Shown: positions 27,001 through 40,000 of the stretch, piece by piece
Position numbering within the stretch: position 1 is the first letter of the stretch
How the letters are laid out: each line of letters begins with the position of its first letter
NCBI GenBank assembly: GCA_002269645.1
Contig: NIVC01001765.1
Span: 1 to 64,000, forward strand
DNA from: Macrostomum lignano
Taxonomy: Eukaryota
Direction of reading: 5' to 3'
DNA: 64,000 nucleotides
Made by a program: the position numbers and the translations under genes
The notes under the pieces: generated by a model
Told to the model about the DNA's origin: nothing
The model's database searches: none
What the model saw: only the letters and a program-made list of their open reading frames with translations

Positions 27001-30000
27001 TCACCGAGACAAAGTAGACGTGACCTTCCTGAAGGACTCCCTTGAGCTGAGTAACAATCACACTGCGAGCACCGCCGACGTTTTTCCAATCGATTAGGTC
27101 ACAACCGGAGGCGAATGATCCAATGCAGTATTCGTAGTACTTTATGTCAGTCACGTGCGGCATGTCCGTAGACGTTCCAGACTCGAATCCTGACCACTCG
27201 AGAAGAAACTCAGTCACAGATGACTGCAAACAATGAATGAATTCATTAAAACATCTACTTTGTAAAACTTACTGCAAAATCGACATTCAACTTACCAGCA
27301 TCTGATTGGCAAATCGTCCATTCACTGCGATCCTGCCTTCGGTTGCTACATCTCCAAGCACAGTGACGCCATCGCTGCACTCGCTCAACTCAGGCAACAG
27401 CTGAGTGAACTTCTCAAATTGCAGCAAAGTTTCGTTAGCGTGAATGCACACGTGATACCGAGTCCCTGGTTGAAGCTGAACTCCGGGAACGTTTACGAAC
27501 TCATCCCGAGTAAAGCCGCCTGCGATCGCATTCGCGTGACTCGTCGGCCGTTTTGGCGGCTCAAGCAGAATTCGGTCATAGTAACCGGAGCCTCCGGTCC
27601 CACTGGCTGCTAGAACAGCCCATTCGTAGTTCTGTAAGGATTATATCCTATTTTGGTAACCATGCATGTATGCTTTTAAAAAGCTTGTTTCTTATGGCGG
27701 CCTGTTCTCTCACCAAATATCTCAGCTGGGGCCACACCGCTGCAAGTCGAGCGCTCGAGTTTGAGTAGTCCACGTCATCGACCATCCATTGGTCATTCTT
27801 CTCAAGCTTCACTGGCCCGATCGCGTCCATCACGTTCGGATTACTTATCAGCTTCGGGTCGTACGCGCTGCAGTCTCTCAGCTCTCTACTGTCTACAGTC
27901 GACAGGCCTGCCTTGTTGAAGCAGCGAATCGCAAAACGGATGCATTTCGTCGATTTCAGAGGCCACGGTAGAGATACAGATTTAGTCTAAAGTTATAAAT
28001 AGTCAAATTAGGAGGTAGCTACATACCAGCATTGTTTCATTGTTTCAAGTGAAGCAGCCACCTACCGAGTTACTCGAATCAAGTTTCAATTCCGTCCATT
28101 GTACGATGTTGGCACCATCGTGTTGCAATGACCACTGGTATCCGCTGATAACACTGCTTCCTGCTGATCCTAGCTGCTTGAACTCGTCCATCTGCACTGT
28201 GATCTGAAAACAAAAGAAAATATTCTTGTTTAGACGCAATAAATGCATTTGTAACAGAGTATGTTGTTCAGCATACTGTCTGGTTGTCAGCTTCAAGATT
28301 GACACTCCACGCTCCAGCCACTGGGGAAGTGTGCAGGACCACAAAGTCTGGAGCAGTCTCGACCTCTGAGCAAACTTCACCATGACAGAGCTTCATTCTC
28401 GATCGGTAAGTGGCCCCATCGATGAGGTGCAAATTCGTGACGAGGACCGTCTCGCCCGAGTGCGAGACGCGTCTAAACTCTTCCACTGTGATCCAATCTA
28501 AAGCGAGTGGGTCAACACGGGAAGCAACTCAGTCTACTTGCAGATAAACAAGGAGAAATGATTTTTCTACCGTACCGTCTCCTCGCTTCAACTCGAGACC
28601 CCAACTGACGTCGTGAAACAGCAGATCGAGGGGTGATTTCGGCTTTGTCCACTTCAAACCAACCGTGGACAAAGAGCTTTGGAAATTATCCGTCAGCGAC
28701 CCATCATTGTCGGGTCTCCAGTTCACAGGTCTCAATTCGAGGAGGGGCTCTCGAGACTCGACAGTAACACCGCTTGACTCTGCAGAGACGCTTCCGACCA
28801 CATTCGATGCTGTTACTCGAGTAAAGTAGGTCTGAAGCGTAATCAAACAGAAGAGACATAATTTGAATGAATGAAACCATTTCGAGTCTGAATCGAACGA
28901 CTGTGTATAAGCTTGCCTTGAATACATCCAACTTGAGTCCGTCAAACTGATGTCGAGTTGCATTTGAAGGGAGGGTCACAGATGCGAGCTCCTTGTGCTG
29001 AGAATCCACAACCGAAACATGGAACTCGTTTGCGAATTTGAATCCGGTCCATCGCGACCTTAGCGAGTCCGATCGCAGCTGATACTGAATGTCGTGTGGT
29101 GTCTAAAATTGAGAATGTCAGTGTTTTCTTCGTGTACTCAGAATTCACGCTAAAAATACACAACTGGTATCTTTTAGGCTATCAAAGTACCACTTTACCC
29201 CGAGCATTGAGTCCGAGTCGATACTCGGATCCTCGTCAGTAACGAAACCGACACTGGGAAGTCGGTTGTTATGTACAATTGGCTCAGCGAATGCAACAGT
29301 TCTTAGCTGAGCTTCATTGGTGCATCGATCGATGGACACGTAGTATGTGTGATCGCCGATTAAACTCCAGTCAAGCTGGCTCAGCTCCAGAGATGCGCAA
29401 GTCACTGGCGTGTGACTGTGACTGCACTCAGGTCCTTGCTTGACCCTCTCGAAATGAACAATGTCTGTAGAGTGCTCCTTGCTGCCTATAAAATTAAACC
29501 ATGAGAACTAAGCGATGCATTGCCTTAATCTCCAGTATGAGATAACAGATTGACAGACACTAACCGACTCCGATCTCAAACTCGAGCGACTCGGACTCCG
29601 GATCTACGAAGTCGCCCGCATCCCAACGGACTAACAAGTGCTCATTGTTGGTACTGACGGACAATGAGCCCGAGAAGCTCGGTGGACTGGTGTCTACAGT
29701 CAGTGGTCCGACACTCTAAAATGATACGAACAAACATTCACCGTTTCATAGCAAGCAGTCTAGATAAGTTGCAGTGTAAATCTCACCATGTTTGACGACA
29801 GTCCCGCTCTGTTTACTGCCGCTATTGTCAAGTAGATCTGCTGACCATCTTTCAAATCAATGTGGTCGAGAATTTCGCTAGAGTGTGTCGTGACTACGCG
29901 ATTGGCAAATCAGACACGGAGTCTCGTTGCTCATTACTGACACGATGGAGTGCCTCAGTCCGGAAACACTGTCGGAGGCAATCCAGCTTAGTTTCAGCTG

Positions 30001-30217
30001 AAATGCAGTGCCTGCTCTCTGATAAGAAGCTTCTTCTCAAAAATACTCAGCAATACACGCGCCTTACCCTGTCGTCCTTGGTGAGATAGAACTCGTTCCA
30101 GCTGGTCCGATTTGCTCACAGAACTCTCCTTCGTGAGTGAGCACTACAGTGCGATTGAACTTGCTGAGATCAAGTGCCAGAACTCCACTGTCCGCCATCA
30201 CGGTTGCTCGAGCTCTG
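21080..30217 (-). CDS. Giant FN3/Ig-like repeat protein gene, copy 2 (3' half with stop codon; 5' part lost in the gap)
   Basis: Window position 1 aligns to 23740, giving a tandem offset of about 23.7 kb. Last exon 21348-21080 (GRQWQVSFD...SSVYREVLV*) is phase-compatible with the donor at 21757. FN3-like motifs in ORFs 22212-24776 and 21369-22193. Confidence 0.88.
21372..21714. repeat. 18-bp minisatellite (TGCAACCACAAACCCAAA on the gene sense strand, ~19 units) inside the last intron (21349-21757) of copy 2
   Basis: Directly visible; bracketed by the GTAAGAG donor and the CACAG acceptor. Confidence 0.92.
22949..23393 (-). CDS. DUF642-like / galactose-binding-fold module embedded among the FN3-like repeats (also 40551-40995 in copy 3)
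   Basis: Motif order NPSFEE...W...G...VSQTLTTEAGRRYRMQLFAS...W-x-K-QIFYFTAESAESTVSIES resembles DUF642/CBM-like jelly-roll domains. Recognised by eye, no HMM run. Confidence 0.6.
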
Positions 30218-31021
30218 NNNNNNNNNNNNNNNNNNNNNNNNNNNNNNNNNNNNNNNNNNNNNNNNNNNNNNNNNNNNNNNNNNNNNNNNNNNNNNNNNNN
30301 NNNNNNNNNNNNNNNNNNNNNNNNNNNNNNNNNNNNNNNNNNNNNNNNNNNNNNNNNNNNNNNNNNNNNNNNNNNNNNNNNNNNNNNNNNNNNNNNNNNN
30401 NNNNNNNNNNNNNNNNNNNNNNNNNNNNNNNNNNNNNNNNNNNNNNNNNNNNNNNNNNNNNNNNNNNNNNNNNNNNNNNNNNNNNNNNNNNNNNNNNNNN
30501 NNNNNNNNNNNNNNNNNNNNNNNNNNNNNNNNNNNNNNNNNNNNNNNNNNNNNNNNNNNNNNNNNNNNNNNNNNNNNNNNNNNNNNNNNNNNNNNNNNNN
30601 NNNNNNNNNNNNNNNNNNNNNNNNNNNNNNNNNNNNNNNNNNNNNNNNNNNNNNNNNNNNNNNNNNNNNNNNNNNNNNNNNNNNNNNNNNNNNNNNNNNN
30701 NNNNNNNNNNNNNNNNNNNNNNNNNNNNNNNNNNNNNNNNNNNNNNNNNNNNNNNNNNNNNNNNNNNNNNNNNNNNNNNNNNNNNNNNNNNNNNNNNNNN
30801 NNNNNNNNNNNNNNNNNNNNNNNNNNNNNNNNNNNNNNNNNNNNNNNNNNNNNNNNNNNNNNNNNNNNNNNNNNNNNNNNNNNNNNNNNNNNNNNNNNNN
30901 NNNNNNNNNNNNNNNNNNNNNNNNNNNNNNNNNNNNNNNNNNNNNNNNNNNNNNNNNNNNNNNNNNNNNNNNNNNNNNNNNNNNNNNNNNNNNNNNNNNN
31001 NNNNNNNNNNNNNNNNNNNNN
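30218..31021. other. Assembly gap (804 N) at the point where gene orientation flips
   Basis: Run of N. Confidence 1.
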
Positions 31022-34000
31022 TCCTAACGATTTTTTCAGCACCGAAGGACGATGTTACAATTGACTTCCATAAATCACCAAACTCGGTGAACTATATTAA
31101 TACTAAACCAGGTAAGTGATCCAAAACCATAGCCATCTGATAGCCATACGCTAATGCAGTTATTTTTTCACTGAAATATTCACCTTGTCAGCTCCAAACA
31201 GGAAAATCCAGCTTGAGTGGACAGCAACAAGCCGCTTCAAGCCCACAATATCCAGTCCGGGTCCTCGCGAACACTTCATCCCACCGTCCGGTTACAAGAT
31301 CGGCCTTGTGCGAGAAAATTTTTTTTTGTCTGTCCGGAAACGTGAGTTTCACACACGTGGACATACAGTACCTAGCTATACTTTCGGCTAGGTAAGCTTA
31401 GTGCCGCATCTTCATTGCAGAGAATTTTCCCGACAACTCGATCGGTCCTCTGGAAGAGACTGGGATCAGTCCGTCTAACCCGAAGCTCGCAGAACGCGCC
31501 TTTACCGGACAGCTGAACCAGCTGCCTCCGGCCGGCTGGCAGCTGCAGTCCGGACACTCGCTCAAGTACACGTACTCGGTGTACAACGGCGGCTTCGTCA
31601 CTGTCGCTGACCTGACGCCAGAGGAGCCACGCATCCGAGATTTCTCACCGGCAGAGTCGTTTACTCAGGCTGGAACATTCGTGTTTGACTACAGCCTGCC
31701 GTACCACTGCACAGTGGCGGGACACGGAGCTCGACCCTGCACTCAGCCATTCGACCAGCGAATGCTTGAGCTTAGCGAAGCCTTCACCAAGCAGGTATGA
31801 GGCTTGAAATGACATGATTTTGATCGTTGAAACATATCTAAGAATGCGCTAACGTACTTTTATAGAATCAAATCAACGGTAAATTCGGAGGCTGGAGAGA
31901 CGATCACGCTGGAGTTCTGCAGTACGACATTGAGCTCAAGCTCATGCACAAAGTCGGAGAGGTGCTGAAGGAGAACGAGATGGCGGGCTCTGAGCACAAA
32001 ATCATTGATTTGAATGGCGAGGGCGAGGAAGAGAGACGAAATGGCGGAAACCGAGAGTTCAGTGTTCACTTTGACTTGCCTCCCGACGAGCCGTCGGTCT
32101 ACACTGTTGTGGTGACGGTGCGTGATGCGGTCAGGAACTCGATCAAGAATGTGAGACGCAGCAGACGCTTCTTTATCTTTGATAACTCGTCGAGCGTGGA
32201 AAGCAGGGACGAGCGCTATCCTCTCGGTGTAGACGATACCGTCAACAATAGAGGATTGTGGTGGCTTCGACGGCTGGACGGAAACGTCGCGTTCCGATGG
32301 ACGGACAACCTGATCAACGAGTTGCACACAGGTCAAGGCTTTCTGCTACCGATCGAGCATGTGCCGGAGTTCTACGGTGACGGCTACGATCAGACTTCCG
32401 GACCTCGGAGCATCCACCCGATCGACAACGTGCACGGAGTTGTGCGCTTCGCGTCCCAGTTCGGAGTGGACGCGGTCGGTGGTCGCAGTCTGCAACAGCC
32501 GGATCAAAGCCGGTGGCTCACCACCACCGACATTCACGCCCAGATGCAGAGCTTTCGCTTCGATAGACGAGACGGCGAGTCAGCAAAGTTCTGGGTGATT
32601 GGCGAGGATGTGATGGGCAACAGCCGTGTGAACAGCTTCCTCATGCACATCGACTCCTCACCTGCCGAGTTAGGGACGCTCAGTCTGACTAACAGAGGCG
32701 TCGATGGGCTCGTTGTGCACCACAGCAGAAACCTACACAGTTTGAGGTGAGTCCGTTTGAATGCAAAAACTGCTGATATGGACTCGAGTGCCATGACATT
32801 TTTGCCCCGTTTGTAGAGCTCACTGGACCGCGTCCGACTTGCACAGCGGCTTGCACACTGTGCTGTGGGAGATCTTCGACAACCACACTGACGAGATTGT
32901 GCAGATGTACTCCAACATGGAAGGACGGAGACATTTCGACAGTCTCTCGGTAAGAAAGCTTATTAAAAAATGACTGTAGAAACAGGCAAATGATTTGTAA
33001 GTGCCGGATTGCTTCCAGCTGTGCCAAAGAGATTCCGAGAGACCAGACAACTGCTACTGCACTCAAGCTACTGGCTGCTACAACTCATTCTTTGCGGCAT
33101 CGCCAAACACAAATGCCACAACGGAGCACAACCACGATTGCACATTCGACTCACAGTTACAAACGGAGCGGAGTTGGTCGCGAGCAGCGTGATGAAGATT
33201 AGCATCGATTTGTCTGCTCCTCATCCTGGCCACGTGTTCGACGGCGCGCCTGGCGATGAAGAGGTCGACTTCCAGAACGGGCGACACCTAACGGCGCACT
33301 GGAGCGGCTTCTTTGATCCCGAGAGCGGAGTACGAATGTACAGATACGGCTTCGGAGTATCCTGTCAGTCAGAGTCGCAACTCATCCAAGAGACGACGGG
33401 TCTTGAGGCGAGCTGGGAGGCTCCTGGTCCTGGTCGGTACTTCGTCACGGTAGTCGCTTTCAACAACGCGATGGAGCCATCTGCCGCTGTGTGCTCTGAC
33501 GGAGTCCTGATCACGGATCAAAGGCCAGAAGTGAGCGAGTGAGCATCGAGAGTCTTCGAGTCCGTCCAGGACTCATCCTGGACGCCAGCTCGCAGGAGCT
33601 CTGGTACCTGACCGACCTTGGTCGCAGACAGAAGCTTCTAAACGATAATGAGACGTGCAGGTAGAGCCAACAGTCTGCTAATTAGCTCCTGTGATCAGAG
33701 GTCTTTAATAATGGAAAGCGTCTCTTTTTCAGAGCTCGAGCAACCGTGATGGCGGACAGTGGAGTTCTGGCACTTGATCTCAGCAAGTTCAATCGCACTG
33801 TAGTGCTCACTCACGAAGGAGAGTTCTGTGAGCAAATCGGACCAGCTGGAACTGAGTTCTATCTCACCAAGGACGACAGGGTAAGGCGCGTGTATTGCTG
33901 AGTATTTTTGAGAAGAAGCTTCTTATCAGAGAGCAGGCACTGCATTTCAGCTGAAACTAAGCTGGATTGCCTCCGACAGTGTTTCCGGACTGAGGCACTC

Positions 34001-37000
34001 CATCGTGTCAGTAGTGAGCAACGAGGACTCCGTGTCTGATCTTGCCAATCGCGTAGTCACGACACACTCTAGCGAAATTCTCGAGCACATTGATTTGAAA
34101 GATGGTCAGCAGATCTACGTGACAATAGCGGCAGTAAACAGAGCGGGACTGTCGTCAAACATGGTGAGATTTACACTGCAACTTATCTAGACTGCTGCTA
34201 TGAAACGGTGAATGTTTGTTCGTATCATTTTAGAGTGTCGGACCACTGACTGTAGACACCAGTCCACCGAGCTTCTCGGGCTCATTGTCCGTCAGTACCA
34301 ACAATGAGCACTTGTTAGTCCGTTGGGATGCGGGCGACTTCGTAGATCCGGAGTCGAGTCGCTCGAGTTTGAGATCGGAGTCGGTTAGTGTCTGTCAATC
34401 TGTTATCTCATACTGGAGATTAAGGCAATGCATCGCTTAGTTCTCATGGTTTAATTTTATAGGCAGCAAGGAGCACTCTACAGACATTGTTCATTTCGAG
34501 AGGGTCAAGCAAGGACCTGAGTGCAGTCACATTCACACGCCAGTGACTTGCGCATCTCTGGAGCTGAGCCAGCTTGACTGGAGTTTAATCGGCGATCACA
34601 CATACTACGTGTCCATTCGATGCACCAATGAAGCTCAGCTAAGAACTGTTGCATTCGCTGAGCCAATTGTACATAACAACCGACTTCCCAGTGTCGGTTT
34701 CGTTACTGACGAGGATCCGAGTATCGACTCGGACTAAATGCTCGGGTAAAGTGGTACTTTGATAGCCTAAAAGATACCAGTTGTGTATTTTTAGCGTGAA
34801 TTTTGAGTACACGAAGAAAACACTGACATGCTCAATTTTAGACACCACACGACATTCAGTATCAGCTGCGATCGGACTCGCTAAGGTCGCGATGGACCGG
34901 ATTCAAATTCGCAAACGAGTTCCATGTTTCGGTTGTGGATTCTCAGCACAAGGAGCTCGCATCTGTGACCCTCCCTTCAAATGCAACTCGACATCAGTTT
35001 GACGGACTCAAGTTGGATGTATTCAAGGCAAGCTTATACACAGTCGTTCGATTCAGACTCGAAATGGTTTCATTCATTCAAATTATGTCTCTTCTGTTTG
35101 ATTACGCTTCAGACCTACTTTACTCGAGTAACAGCATCGAATGTGGTCGGAAGCGTCTCTGCAGAGTCAAGCGGTGTTACTGTCGAGTCTCGAGAGCCCC
35201 TCCTCGAGTTGAAACCTGTGAACTGGAGACCCGACAATGATGGGTCGCTGACGGATAATTTCCAAAGCTCTTTGTCCACGGTTGGTTTGAAGTGGACAAA
35301 GCCGAAATCACCCCTCGATCTGCTGTTTCACGACGTCAGTTGGGGTCTCGAGTTGAAGCGAGGAGACGGTACGGTAGAAAAATCATTTCTCCTTGTTTAT
35401 CTGCAAGTAGACTGAGTTGCTTCCCGTGTTGACCCACTCGCTTTAGATTGGATCACAGTGGAAGAGTTTAGACGCGTCCGCACTCGGGCGAGACGGTCCT
35501 CGTCACGAATTTGCACCTCATCGATGGGGCCACTTACCGATCGAGAATGAAGCTCTGTCATGGTGAAGTTTGCTCAGAGGTCGAGACTGCTCCAGACTTT
35601 GTGGTCCTGCACACGTCCCCAGTGGCTGGAGCGTGGAGTGTCAATCTTGAGGCTGACAACCAGACAGTATGCTGAACAACATACTCTGTCACAAATGCAT
35701 TTATTGCGTCTAAACAAGAATATTTTCTTTTGTTTCAGATCACAGTGCAGATGGACGAGTTCAAGCAGCTAGGATCAGCAGGAAGCAGTGTTATCAGCGG
35801 ATACCAGTGGTCATTGCAACACGATGGTGCCAACATCGTACAATGGACGGAATTGAAACTTGATTCGAGTAACTCGGTAGGTGGCTGCTTCACTTGAAAC
35901 AATGAAACAATGGTGGTATGTAGCTACCTCCTAATTTGACTATTTATAACTTTAGACTAAATCTGTATCTCTACCGTGGCCTCTGAAATCGACGAAATGC
36001 ATCCCTTTTGCGATTCGCTGCTTCAACAAGGCAGGCCTGTCGACTGTAGACAGTAGAGAGCTGAGAGACTGCAGCGCGTACGACCCGAAGCTGATAAGTA
36101 ATCCGAATGTGATGGACGCGATCGGGCCAGTGAAGCTTGAGAAGAATGACCAATGGATGGTCGATGACGTGGACTACTCAAACTCGAGCGCTCGACTTGC
36201 AGCGGTGTGGCCCCAGCTGAGATATTTGGTGAGAGAACGGGATTCCATTCGAAACAAGCTTTAAAAGGCATACATGCATGGTTACCAAAATAGGATATAA
36301 TCCTTACAGAACTACGAATGGGCTGTTCTAGCAGCCAGTGGGACCGGAGGCTCCGGTTACTATGATCGAATTCTGCTTGAGCCGCCAAAACGGCCGACGA
36401 GTCACGCGAATGCGATCGCAGGCGGCTTTACTCGGGATGAGTTCGTGAACGTTCCTGGAGCTCAGCTTCAGCCAGGGACTCGGTATCACGTGTGCATTCA
36501 CGCTAACGAAACTTTGCTGCAATTTGAGAAGTTCACTCAGCTGTTGCCTGAGTTGAGCGAGTGCAGCGATGGCGTCACTGTGCTTGGAGATGTAGCAACC
36601 GAAGGCAGGATCGCAGTGAATGGACGATTTGCCAATCAGATGCTGGTAAGTTGAATGTCGATTTTGCAGTAAGTTTTACAAAGTAGATGTTTTAATGAAT
36701 TCATTCATTGTTTGCAGTCATCTGTGACTGAGTTTCTTCTCGAGTGGTCAGGATTCGAGTCTGGAACGTCTACGGACATGCCGCACGTGACTGACATAAA
36801 GTACTACGAATACTGCATTGGATCATTCGCCTCCGGTTGTGACCTAATCGATTGGAAAAACGTCGGCGGTGCTCGCAGTGTGATTGTGAGTCAGCTCAAG
36901 GGAGTCCTTCAGGAAGGTCACGTCTACTTTGTCTCGGTGAGAGGTAAGTGAAGAATTGAATTTCGCAAATAAACTACTGAGCTTCTATTGACTTGTGCCT

Positions 37001-40000
37001 TATGCTCCAGCTGTCGACTTCATCGGTCGCGAGAGTCGGTCAAAGCCCCGGTCGATCCGAGTGGTGCTGCACGGTCCTAAGTCCAATCACTCAGCAGCTA
37101 TCTCTGTGGGTCTGCGGCATGTAATCTCGAACAGCAATGGCCAAGAAGTGTGCTGGAACGGTAGATTCTCTGACCCCGTCGCGGGCATTCGTCGCTACTG
37201 GGTCGGTCTCGGATCTTCGCCCGGTCGTCCTGATGTCATTCCGTACACTGAATCAGATGGCGAGTGTGTTTGGTGGACAACCAAGCAGCTGTCATACTCC
37301 AGAGACGGACAGCACTACTGGGTGCTGCTGAGAGCTGAGAACTTTGCCGGACTTATATCGAGCGACCACTCGAAGCCAGTGCTCGTAGACAGAAGTCCAC
37401 CAGTAGCTGGATCGGTGATCGATATCGACCCGACCGTATCAAACAGCACCGATTGCAACTTTCGGTTCAATATGGACGGCATCTCAGCAAAATGGACCGA
37501 CTTCCATGATCCTCACAGTCACGTGAGGGACTATTCGGTGGCGATCGGATCATGTCCAGGTTGCCAAGACGTGATGCCGTATCTTCACGTCGGTGTTCGA
37601 CACAGTAAGTCAAACGAAGCTAATTATGCTCATTACTAACTCTAAACAAAGAATACAGACGTACTTTGCTTACTTCAGGTATAAAGATTGACCACCTGCG
37701 TTTGCAACCTGGACAGAGGTACTTTGTCAATGTCAAAGGCTGCAACGCGGGGGATCTCTGTTCTGTGGCGTCTTCCGATGGTGTCATTTTGGATTCCACA
37801 CCTCCGTTGAACGGAATCATCTTGATTGGTTCAAGCGACGCAAACCAACAGTACCTGCGATCAAGGTGAGTAAATGTGTTTTAGTAACAATTTTATCATA
37901 ATGACTTGATACTCTGAAAGCCACTCATAGCCTAAACATGCATGCTGTACTTTTACATGTGTAGCTCATCGCTAGAGTTTTCGCTATACGGTTTCAACGA
38001 TCCAGAGTCCGACATTGCATATCACCGTTGGGGAGTCGGTCGCGAAGAGTCTGACTCGCCGGATGTTATAGCCTGGATCAAAACTTTCGAAAGGAAGTTT
38101 GTGCGACACTATGGAAGCTTGCCAACGGGCATACGTCTAAAGGTGTTTGTGGAAACTGTGAATAAAGCAGGTGAGCGGCGGGCATGACGTAATCATAGCG
38201 TCGATCGTGCTAAACTTTGCTGAATATTTGAACAAAATTTTTACAACCATTTAGGTCTTACGACATTGACTGAGTCGAGCAAGTTTCTGATTGACGACAC
38301 ACCTCCCGAGATCGAGACTGCTCTTTCAGCAAGCGAGACTTTCGGTCAGATTGAGCCGAACTGGCTCGTCCTGGACGACATCATGGTGGTAGAGTGGAGC
38401 GTCTTTGACAAGGAGAGCGGCATCAAAGAACACTGGATCTCTCTGTCTAACCATGATAACGGACGAGTGACGTTCGAGCCCGTAAAGGTATCTGACCTAG
38501 TTTTGCAGCTGATTTATTCAATTTTTAGACGTAAACTAATGCTGCGCACCTCTTGTTGACATCGCAGATTCCTGGTCTGCTGAGCAACTTTACATTCGGC
38601 GATCTCGATCTGAAAGACGGAGCCAACTACACTGTTCACCTCGTGTCGTGCAACCTGGCGGACGCATGCACTCGTCAGACGGCCTCAGTGGCTGTGGACA
38701 CTTCGCCTCCGATCACAGGACACGTAGCCGCCGAGACAGAGTCGGCCGTGCAGCTGGGCAGACACATCGAGGATGGCCTCACTTGGGACGGAAACGAAGT
38801 CAACATCAGCTGGGTTGGATTCCACGATCCTCACTCGGGAATCAATCGCTACACCATTCAGATGGGCACAACATGGTTCGGATCGGAGCTTTTGTCGGTA
38901 GGTTGTGAACCACAAAGAATTTTAAAGTTACCGCGAAATAGTTATCACAAAACTGCATTGCCTGTTTTTGTTATTTAGGTCACAGAGGTTCCGCACAGTG
39001 ACGAAGGAGTTGGTCTACCGCTGAATCCTCACGAAGGTCCAATTCAGATGGCCAGCTTTGAACTGAAGAGAAGTCTAACTGAGGGCACGTCCTTGATTGT
39101 GCACATTGTTGCAGTCAACAAGGTAATAGTCAGTTGGATATTTACTGTGAAGCTACTATTTAAACTTGAAAGTGTGTAATTTGCTGATTCAGGCCGGTCT
39201 CCACAGTCAACCAGTTCAAGCGGCATTGTCCGTGCTGGAAAGTGGTCACTTGTGGCTCCTTCGTCGGTGTGCTGGCGCAGCTACTTGCTACGGGCACTGC
39301 TCGTGCGCTCCGCAGCATCAGACCTGCCGAGGAACTGAGTGTCGAGCCGTCGATGTAGTGGATAACGTCGACAACGAAGTAGAGGTTCTAGATGTGTCCG
39401 CCTTCGGTCCTCGAGGAGAATCTCAAACTGATGCAGAAACAACTCCGACTAGGTCTCTGTTGGCAGCGACTTGGCGAGTCCGTCGAGCAATGGGACGACC
39501 ACCTGTTCGTTATGAAGTGAGTGCAGGTCTGGCTGAGTACAGTGAGCCGAAGGGTATCTACGACGCTGTTCACGAGCGTGTATGGCATGACGTCGGTCTA
39601 AGGACGTTCTTGGCATTGAATATCACAGCTGGGCGTCGCCTCAATGTATTTAGATCATACAAGGTGTTTGTTCGGGCTTGGTTTGATCACAACACGTACG
39701 TCGTGTTCAGCTCGGACGGTGTACTGGTCAACCCGACCTTTCCGCGAGTGAATCGACACTACGGTGTCGGCGTCAAGGACCTGTTGTCACCAGATAGTCG
39801 ACGGGATACCGATTTCATAACCAGTAATGACAGTCTGACTGTAGGGTGGCGAAATAAGTTCACAAGTCTAAACGAAGCAACGCCGCTGACATTCCGCGTG
39901 TCTATTGGCAGTGAGATCGGAATGGACGATGTTGCAAACGTCGTCATACCACCTGGAAACATCACCTATACATTCAATGGGCTGCAACTTGAGCCAGGTC

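Noticed and set aside
30112-31119. Long ORFs crossing the N run
   Set aside because: Artefacts of translating N as X.
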